Assembly (NCBI GenBank): GCA_930990975.1
Contig: CAKNRR010000003.1
Coordinates: 13,037 to 77,036, forward strand
DNA length: 64,000 bases
Source of the DNA: an uncultured Clostridia bacterium
GTDB lineage: Bacteria > Bacillota > Clostridia > Christensenellales > UBA1242
Direction of reading: 5' to 3'
Shown: piece by piece, positions 39,101-45,635 of the stretch
Layout of the letters: each line of letters starts with the position of its first letter
Position numbering within the stretch: position 1 is the first letter of the stretch
The notes under the pieces: model-generated
Told to the model about the DNA's origin: nothing
Databases searched by the model: none
Seen by the model: only the letters and a program-made list of their open reading frames with translations
Position numbers and translations under genes: made by a program

Positions 39101-41646
39101 CAGATCCTAAGAAAGGAACTAGAAAAAAAGAATTTACTTTGCAAGCTCAAGCTTTGGGCATTGCAAAGAATAGAATCATCGGCTTCATTAAAGAAAAAGA
39201 TAACACAGCTAACGAAACAACTTTGGCTGAATACACTACAGAAAAACTTTTAGAAGAAGTGGCAAAATATTCTGATGCTTCGAAAAACAAATCTGTTCAA
39301 TCATCAATTGACCTTATTAAAGCACATAATAAATATGAAACTTTAAAAAATAGTCTTGATATATCTGATGATTTATACAAAGCTATTACTGGCAGTGATG
39401 TTAAATACGACGCAGCAAAGAAACAATTTATTGTTCATGATTATAAGTCTGATAAAAAAGCAACAAATGCAATTGATGAAGCTGAGGAATATAAGAAGTT
39501 CAACAAATATCCTGCTTTCAGAAAAATGTCTGATAAAGACAAACAAAAAGTTGTAATGATGAGTTTGGGATTGTCTGTTCTTAAAGAAAAAGCCGAATAC
39601 TTCAAAGATCCTACAAGAAAAGTAATTAGTGAGGAAGATTATCAAATCCACATTGACAACTATAATAAGATGGAAAGTTTGCTTGACAAAATCTTGACAG
39701 GAAAGTTAAATTCTGCTTATGACGAACTTGCCATCAGAACTGCCATGGTTGGTGCAGAAAATGTTAACACAAACTATGACGAACAATCTAAAGCGGCAGC
39801 AAGAACATTAATCCACACATTACAAGGTTATAGAACTCTTGATAAAGTATTTGACTCAATGGAATTAAGCGAAGAACAAAAAACAAACATAAAAGCCGAA
39901 GTTTCTCGCAGAGCTAAAGAAACTGGCGAAGTTAACTTCAACAAACTCTTCTCTCGAGTTTTACAAGAGCAATTTGCTGATAAGAAAGTTGACGGAAAAA
40001 CAATTGATGAAATTATGTTTAAACATTTTGATTATGAACTTATTAATTCTTCAAACATTGATAGTCTATGCTCTACTTATGGAATTGCAGCAAAAGATTT
40101 AAAAGAAAACATAATGAGAGCAATGCAAGCCAACCCTAAAATTTCTGTCAAAGAGCAGTTGAATCTTCTTCTTGAAGATGCTATTGAGGGACTTAAAGCT
40201 GAAGGTAAAACACCAAAAGAACTTGCATCTCAAGCTGACATTATTAAAAAAGCTGTTGAAGAACTCTCATCCCCTAAAAATAGAGATTATATTGTTCCTC
40301 AAAAAAGCAAAGATTTTGACGCGTTCGTTAAAGACCTTCAAGCAACATTTGATAAGAGAACTAAGCGTAATCTTGGAGCCACAAGTTTTGAACTTGGTGA
40401 AGCTTTTACAGATAAGGAATTAGCTCGTAAGAAGAAATTAGCAAGAAACGGCGAAAAGGAATATGATGATTATATTGATTTATTCGCTAGCAGAGGTGTT
40501 GCAAGAGAAGAACTTGAAACCGCTTTTGGAAACGCAAAGAGTAAAAAAGAATTCAATGCTGTTATAGATAAGTATATGTCAAGAATTGGAATTGATAAAG
40601 AAGAACTGAAGAAAATTAAAAAACATATGGCTCGCAGCGGAAAAACAAATGAAGTTGATAGAGAATATTACGCTAAAAATAGCAAGCTCAAAGCAATGAG
40701 AAATCTTTTGAATAATCCTAGCCCTGAGCTAAATGAAACTAATATAAAACTTTTGAAAGAATTAGGATTAAGTGAAAAGGTTCTTCAATCTTTGCAAACA
40801 TTACCAACAGCAGAAGAAAAATCAACAAAACTTAAAGAACTTATTGATAAAAATACTATAGCTTTGGATAGAAACTTCTACAAACTCGCATTAGAAGTAA
40901 ACCACCTCGACAATGTTAGAGTGGGAAATACCGAACTTGATAGAAACAATTTGGATGCTAAAGACAAATATATATCTTACCAAAAATCGGCTAGAGAATT
41001 TAATGTTAAAATTAAGACATTGCAAGAATTTATTAAAAACAATCCTGAATGCACATACACTCAAGAAATTATCAATGCCTTTGTCAAAGGTGATGCTGAT
41101 TTCTTAAAAAGACAAGGTATTTCTCTTGATGAATATGAATTTAGCCATCTAGACACAGTTATGTATGATGAACTTGGCATTGATTTAGACTCTCTTGTAG
41201 CTCAAGCTGATGTTTATCCTGATCTTGAAGGGCTTTCTCCAAGAAAGAAAGAAAAATTAAAGAAAAAAATCAGAGATAAAAATCAAAAACTTCTTGAAAA
41301 GTTGGAGAAAAAAGCTAAAGCTATAGCTCCTAAACTTGAAAAAGAGACAAAGAAAAGAGAAGAAATAGCTGACAAGAAAGAAAAAGAAGTTCTTGAGGCT
41401 AAAGAAAAGAACAAGAAAGGTCTTGAAGAAATTAAACCACCTGCTATACTTACAGCCTTCAAATCAATCGGAAATATGCTTAAACGCAGAAAAGAACAAG
41501 AAATTGATGCTCCAGAAGCTGCACGTGCTGCGGCTGAAGCTGAAAGAGCTCGCCAAGCTGAAGCTGCAACTGAGGCTACTGCAGAAACTGAAGCTGAAGC
41601 GACAACTCAAGAGAACGAACATTCTAACGAAGGACGAGATATTTAA
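36199..41646 (+). CDS. giant hypothetical protein (1815 aa): N-terminal globular domain, acidic Gly/Pro-rich linker, central TM hairpin, roughly 1250-aa helical C-terminal region
   Basis: SD GTGAGG. Linker PGPDDDGDDSGENGGGSGDPGDSGSSGG...PTQPENPQPENPQPENPEPEEPE (nt ~37380-37590). Two adjacent hydrophobic helices IGVFLMICSMIPGVNFICIPAAIMAGIGLF (nt ~37750-37850). No N-terminal signal. Ala/Glu-rich C-terminus. Confidence 0.7.
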   Translation: MVETKKPNTRSVDNTVYRRNGKERINTLHQHVEMTSKRTSKLFDFTVTEPTTDGSSTKKTSVMTVSQKDKKTYVKISPEMLKEFKGPNGVPLFDNETLNKVFNGDGLLIDKNSQGISINSVGDEIIIDIKGKNEGENYRITAGPTNISLEYGNGDNVTQYEYHPKNPETAIDLSMKRSIIESMLDKNNPNHNLFNPPKRVRDVPQFLVGMYLQDVEDNTVKQFGDFTITRCNFGGENSSPYCFIKQKNASGKDEVILFANGGYHKCTGEIKGQYIKDKNNNEYYLAVGIRSGTKPYIPIKIPMVDGKPSPEFAEGFKTLMDGTARDDQTPILEVRGKERAGKSKKLDIKDEGITIEHLHSFEIKDTREYSDYQFQVKSKKFDVYDQFGITSERPLVDPGPDDDGDDSGENGGGSGDPGDSGSSGGTNVPGDGGGNPPTDPTQPENPQPENPQPENPEPEEPEVDEAQKKLDELNKAREKEAEEAEQKKFEEQQKAKGEAFKSGMTLVNTVMGNSLSTIGVFLMICSMIPGVNFICIPAAIMAGIGLFQSTFADKLVFNPYRKIKQKVKEAEKLQDIEFEARDQFIENERELDKLVALSKEKTAVLDKMMYESAENGGNKFAKEFAEIFNTNGVGFIRGQVDGAKQLQDIGNLDNRIDMTKMLDQISKAKDETQKQQLIEQFKTNFFQDLDTAGQERVDNLFRAENAENLNQFVTALNQANLAQSNERALFTTQRDAILTAEQNRLLYLARTDKFSEQQRVTYFERYSPAIIQNITTRQNGSTEKLNEIINSVPEATRNNAIIELNNASQKMQTQVANIEAQANENVEKQKSITPLVQYKQALSALADKEISTREQCLDASKDFINNYTLSYYQGYSDRFKQGLVASTNGLSNVKENDSVKTIAQQINGFVEGISGDKPSEKTQKLAEQQKAIQKIIEDGKFVEEIGDTYVSYQGLNDGNTPATGSLVADPKKGTRKKEFTLQAQALGIAKNRIIGFIKEKDNTANETTLAEYTTEKLLEEVAKYSDASKNKSVQSSIDLIKAHNKYETLKNSLDISDDLYKAITGSDVKYDAAKKQFIVHDYKSDKKATNAIDEAEEYKKFNKYPAFRKMSDKDKQKVVMMSLGLSVLKEKAEYFKDPTRKVISEEDYQIHIDNYNKMESLLDKILTGKLNSAYDELAIRTAMVGAENVNTNYDEQSKAAARTLIHTLQGYRTLDKVFDSMELSEEQKTNIKAEVSRRAKETGEVNFNKLFSRVLQEQFADKKVDGKTIDEIMFKHFDYELINSSNIDSLCSTYGIAAKDLKENIMRAMQANPKISVKEQLNLLLEDAIEGLKAEGKTPKELASQADIIKKAVEELSSPKNRDYIVPQKSKDFDAFVKDLQATFDKRTKRNLGATSFELGEAFTDKELARKKKLARNGEKEYDDYIDLFASRGVAREELETAFGNAKSKKEFNAVIDKYMSRIGIDKEELKKIKKHMARSGKTNEVDREYYAKNSKLKAMRNLLNNPSPELNETNIKLLKELGLSEKVLQSLQTLPTAEEKSTKLKELIDKNTIALDRNFYKLALEVNHLDNVRVGNTELDRNNLDAKDKYISYQKSAREFNVKIKTLQEFIKNNPECTYTQEIINAFVKGDADFLKRQGISLDEYEFSHLDTVMYDELGIDLDSLVAQADVYPDLEGLSPRKKEKLKKKIRDKNQKLLEKLEKKAKAIAPKLEKETKKREEIADKKEKEVLEAKEKNKKGLEEIKPPAILTAFKSIGNMLKRRKEQEIDAPEAARAAAEAERARQAEAATEATAETEAEATTQENEHSNEGRDI

Positions 41647-41664
41647 GCAAATTCAAATAAAACA

Positions 41665-41697
41665 AAAAAGTTTAACACATCTTGTGTTAAACTTTTA
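41665..41697 (+). terminator. intrinsic terminator
   Basis: AAAAGTTTAACACA / TGTGTTAAACTTTT 14-bp stem with a 3-nt loop. Confidence 0.6.
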
Positions 41698-41904
41698 AAT
41701 TGTTTTTAAAAAATGAAAAATTAAATAAAAAATTATTATTTAATTTTATTTAAAATTAGAAAACATTTTGATTTTAGATTTAATAAAAATTAAAATTAAT
41801 AAAAAATGTATTTTTAACATTTTTATATTATTTTTTGATATTTTTTAATTATTATTTTAATTTTAAACATATTTTTAACTCATATAAATAAAAGGATAAA
41901 ACTT

Positions 41905-42999
41905 ATGAAAATTGGTGTTGTTGGCCTTCCTAATGTTGGGAAAAGCACATTATTCAATGCAATAACTAATGCTGGTGCAGAAAGTGCAAACTACCCTTTC
42001 TGCACAATTGAGCCAAATGTCGGCATCGTCGATGTGCCTGATGAGCGTTTGCAAGTTTTGGGCAAACTTTATAATACTCAAAAAATCACTCCTGCTTCAA
42101 TAGAATTTGTTGATATTGCGGGACTGGTTGCAGGAGCAAGCAAAGGTGAAGGACTTGGAAACAAGTTTTTGAGCCATATCCGCGAAGTTGATGCCATTGT
42201 CCATGTTGTAAGATGTTTTGAAAATGAAAAAATTATACATGTAAACGGCAGCATTGATCCTTTAAGAGATATTGAAATCATTAATTTGGAATTGGCTCTT
42301 GCTGACCTTGAACAAGTCAATAAACTTTATGAAAAAAACGCAAAACTTGTTAAAACTGGGGATAAAAGTCTTATCTTGACTGTTAATCTTCTTGAAAGAA
42401 TTAAAAACGCACTTGAAAATAATTTGCCTGCAAGAAGTGTTGCAATTGAAGATGATGAAGAAATCAAGATTATGAAAAATCTTCAACTTTTAACTGCAAA
42501 GCCTGTGATTTATGTTGCAAATATAAGTGAAAATGATATTTCAAAGCCAGAAAACAATTTTGTCAAAGCTGTAAGAGCATTTGCCGAAAAAGAAGGCTCA
42601 AAAGTTATTTCACTTTCTGCCAAGATTGAAGAAGAACTTGCTGGCTTATCCCCTGACGAAAAGGAAATGTTTAAAGAAGAACTTGGAATTAAAGAAAGTG
42701 GTCTTGAAAAATTGGTTGCAACAAGTTATGATTTATTAGGGCTTATGTCTTTCTTAACAGCTGGCGAAAAAGAAGTAAGAGCTTGGACAATCAAGAAAGG
42801 AACTAAGGCACCTCAAGCAGCGGGCAAAATCCACACAGACTTTGAAAAAGGATTTATTAAAGCTGAAGTAGTTTCATATAGTGATTTAGTCGAAGCTGGC
42901 TCTTTCCTTAAAGCAAAAGAAAAAGGAAAAGTTCGAATGGAAGGCAAAGAGTATGTCGTACAAGACGGAGATGTCATGCTGTTTAGATTCAATGTTTAA
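41905..42999 (+). CDS. ychF: ribosome-binding ATPase YchF
   Basis: MKIGVVGLPNVGKSTLFNAIT, YPFCTIEPNVG, C-terminal TGS-like ...VQDGDVMLFRFNV. Confidence 0.97.
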   Translation: MKIGVVGLPNVGKSTLFNAITNAGAESANYPFCTIEPNVGIVDVPDERLQVLGKLYNTQKITPASIEFVDIAGLVAGASKGEGLGNKFLSHIREVDAIVHVVRCFENEKIIHVNGSIDPLRDIEIINLELALADLEQVNKLYEKNAKLVKTGDKSLILTVNLLERIKNALENNLPARSVAIEDDEEIKIMKNLQLLTAKPVIYVANISENDISKPENNFVKAVRAFAEKEGSKVISLSAKIEEELAGLSPDEKEMFKEELGIKESGLEKLVATSYDLLGLMSFLTAGEKEVRAWTIKKGTKAPQAAGKIHTDFEKGFIKAEVVSYSDLVEAGSFLKAKEKGKVRMEGKEYVVQDGDVMLFRFNV

Positions 43000-43083
43000 T
43001 AAATGATTAACCATTTTTAAACATTCTGACAAACAATAAACTTTGACCTGAACAAGCAAAATCGAGAAATTTAAGATTAAATA

Positions 43084-43149
43084 TAAAACCTCTTATATTA
43101 AAAAGCTGAGCAATAAGTTAAAGCTGAGCAAATATAAGAGGTTTTTATT
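43084..43149 (+). terminator. terminator with a long loop containing a direct repeat
   Basis: AAAACCTCTTATAT (43085-43098) pairs with ATATAAGAGGTTTT (43132-43145). The 33-nt loop contains AAGCTGAGCAA twice. T-rich tail. Confidence 0.55.
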
Positions 43150-43297
43150 ATTCTATCTATTCCCCCATACCCATGCAATTCATAATGAATCACAATTTAA
43201 ACATGTAAAAAATATCAATCATTACAATTTTACATATCTTCTTTTTATTTTGTTTAAAATCATTTATAGTATATACTATTTTTATAAGGAGATTTAG

Positions 43298-43744
43298 ATG
43301 TTTGAAATAAAAGAGAATAAAGAATTGCTTAATCAGATTTTGAAAACCAATTTGCTCCCACTTGCTTTTATTGGCGACAGTGTGCACACTCTTTATATAA
43401 GAGAGCATTGTCTTAAAACATCTCTTGCCAAAATGGAGAACTATCACAAGGAAAGCAGTTTTTATTGCAAAGCATCGGCTCAAGCAAATGTCATAAAAGA
43501 ACTGGCAAATGCCAATATATTAAGTGATGAAGAAAAAGAAATTGTTAGGCGTGGTCGCAATGCAAAACCAAAACATACAGCCAAAAATGCAAGTTCCAGC
43601 GACTATTCTTATGCAACCGCTTTTGAAGTCTTGATCGGATATCTTTATCTTAAAGGCGACGGCAACAGGCTTGATGAAATATTGAGATATTCGATTGAAT
43701 GTTTAAGTTTAAAAAGCTGGAAACAAACTTTAAGCAAAATTTAA
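43298..43744 (+). CDS. mrnC: mini-ribonuclease III
   Basis: LPLAFIGDSVHTLYIREH, RRGRNAKPKHTAKNAS, YSYATAFEVLIGYLYL. Confidence 0.9.
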   Translation: MFEIKENKELLNQILKTNLLPLAFIGDSVHTLYIREHCLKTSLAKMENYHKESSFYCKASAQANVIKELANANILSDEEKEIVRRGRNAKPKHTAKNASSSDYSYATAFEVLIGYLYLKGDGNRLDEILRYSIECLSLKSWKQTLSKI

Positions 43745-43745
43745 T

Positions 43746-43782
43746 GAAAAAGCTAAACTTGTAATATAGTTTAGCTTTTTTT
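43746..43782 (+). terminator. intrinsic terminator between mrnC and rlmB
   Basis: AAAAAGCTAAAC / GTTTAGCTTTTT stem followed by a T-run. Confidence 0.65.
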
Positions 43783-44012
43783 CATCTTTGTCTTTCTCAT
43801 GTTTTTTAAACAATCATCACTTATGCGATTACCAATTATTCACAGAAAGACTATAGCAAAAAAAATTGTTCAAACTTCTGCTTAGTTTTCATTAAATCCA
43901 TTAATCATTTGAAACAATCGTAATTCTTTTATTGATTGCCAATTTGAGCTCCCCTTATTTTGCTTGTTTTTTTTTACAGATTGTGCTAAAATTTAAGCCA
44001 TGAGGTAATACT

Positions 44013-44738
44013 ATGTTTATTGAAGGAAAAAATGCCATTAAGCAAGCCATTGATGAAAACATCACGATAAACAAAATCTTTGTTGACAAAAATTATCAAG
44101 GTCGCAAGGATGACATCATTGAAATGGCAGTGCAACATAAAATAAAGTTTGAATTTGTGCCTAGAGTTTTTTTAGACAAAAAATCAAAAACAGGACATCA
44201 TCAAGGCTATATCGCTGACAGTGTGGATTTCAAATACTGCGAAATTGACGACATATTGAATAAAGCAAGAGAACAAAATCAACATCCTTTTATCGTCCTT
44301 CTTGATGGGATTGAAGACCCTCACAATTTTGGTGCCATTATTCGTTCTTGTGAATGTGCTGGTGTCCACGGAATAATTATTCCTAAAAATAGAGCTGTAC
44401 AAGTCAACGAAACGGTGATAAGGACAAGCACAGGAGCTATTTCAAATATGCTTATAGCAAAAGTTACAAACCTTAAGGACGCCGTCAACTATCTTAAACA
44501 AAATGACATTTGGGTCTTTGCTTGTGAGGCGAATGGAGAGAATATCTATAATAAAAAACTTCCACAAAACATAGCTGTCATTATTGGCGCGGAAGGTTTT
44601 GGAATTAAAAAAACTTTGATTGATTATTGTGATGGAGTGATTTCCTTGCCTTTGATGGGAAAAGTCAACTCATTGAATGCTTCTGTCGCCTGCGGAGTCA
44701 CCATCTTTGAAATATTGCGACAACGCCAGCAAAATTGA
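44013..44738 (+). CDS. rlmB: TrmH/SpoU-family 23S rRNA 2'-O-methyltransferase (RlmB/YacO-like)
   Basis: LDGIEDPHNFGAIIRS, VIIGAEGFGI, IPLMGKVNSLNASVACGV. Conserved position between mrnC and sigH. Confidence 0.9.
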   Translation: MFIEGKNAIKQAIDENITINKIFVDKNYQGRKDDIIEMAVQHKIKFEFVPRVFLDKKSKTGHHQGYIADSVDFKYCEIDDILNKAREQNQHPFIVLLDGIEDPHNFGAIIRSCECAGVHGIIIPKNRAVQVNETVIRTSTGAISNMLIAKVTNLKDAVNYLKQNDIWVFACEANGENIYNKKLPQNIAVIIGAEGFGIKKTLIDYCDGVISLPLMGKVNSLNASVACGVTIFEILRQRQQN

Positions 44739-44783
44739 CTGGCAAAATAATTTCTAAATTTAAAATCAACATTAGGAGAAAAT

Positions 44784-45374
44784 ATGACAGATGAAGAACT
44801 TTCAATCAAAGCTCAATCTGGCGATGAAAATGCTGTAAATACCCTTCTTTCAAAATATAAATCACTTGTAAATCAAATTGCGAGAAGCTATTTCCTTACT
44901 GGCGGAGATATGGAAGATATTGTTCAAGAAGGCATGATTGGGCTTTATAAGGCGATAAAACACTTTAATAACAGTAAAACAGCTTCGTTTAAAACATTTG
45001 CTAGCACATGTATAAAACACCAAATTCAAAGTGCTGTAAGAATTGCTAGCTCTGCTAAAAATCAAGTTTTATCTACCGCAGTGCCAATTGTAGACAAAAT
45101 CAACAACGAAGAAGACGACGAGAAAATTGAAATAATATTTCCTTCCGACCTTCCTTCCCCTGACGACAAGTTGCTGGAACAAGAAAGAATGCAAGAAATC
45201 AAGGATAAGATTAAAAAATCTTTGTCAACTTTGGAACTTAAGGTTTTAAGTCTTTATCTAAAGGGATATAGCTATAATGAAATATCTTCAATTGGAAACA
45301 TTTCAAAAAAGAGTATAGACAATGCCCTTTCTCGAATCAAGAACAAACTGTCTTTTCTTAAAAATGATTTCTAA
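44784..45374 (+). CDS. sigH: sigma-70-family sigma factor, SigH-like
   Basis: Region 2 DMEDIVQEGMIGLYKAIKHFN, SFKTFASTCIKHQIQSAV, region 4 HTH YSYNEISSIGNISKKSIDNALSRIK. Synteny with mrnC-rlmB. Confidence 0.85.
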   Translation: MTDEELSIKAQSGDENAVNTLLSKYKSLVNQIARSYFLTGGDMEDIVQEGMIGLYKAIKHFNNSKTASFKTFASTCIKHQIQSAVRIASSAKNQVLSTAVPIVDKINNEEDDEKIEIIFPSDLPSPDDKLLEQERMQEIKDKIKKSLSTLELKVLSLYLKGYSYNEISSIGNISKKSIDNALSRIKNKLSFLKNDF

Positions 45375-45423
45375 AAATAAAAAATAAATAATCAAATAAA
45401 TAAAATAATCAAATTAAATAAAT

Positions 45424-45483
45424 AAAAAATAAATTAAATAACTAAAAAATAAATTAATTAAATAAAAAATAAAATAATTAAAT
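45424..45483. repeat. three tandem 20-bp A/T-only units inside a 255-bp A/T-only spacer
   Basis: AAAAAATAAATTAAATAACT / AAAAAATAAATTAATTAAAT / AAAAAATAAAATAATTAAAT. TAAAAAATAAA recurs at 45423, 45443 and 45463. Confidence 0.8.
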
Positions 45484-45635
45484 TTTTTAATTAATTCAAT
45501 TAAATAAATATTCAAGAAATTAATTTTAATTTAATAAAATACAAAAATAAATAAAAAATTAAATTAATTTTTAATTTAATAATAATTTTACTAAATAAAT
45601 TATTGAATTTAAATATCAATTAGGAGTATATGAAA

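Noticed and set aside
45375-45629. The repetitive A/T spacer, considered as a CRISPR array or minisatellite.
   Set aside because: The units are 17-20 bp, A/T-only and degenerate, with no repeat-spacer organisation and no cas genes. I treated it as low-complexity or curved DNA instead.
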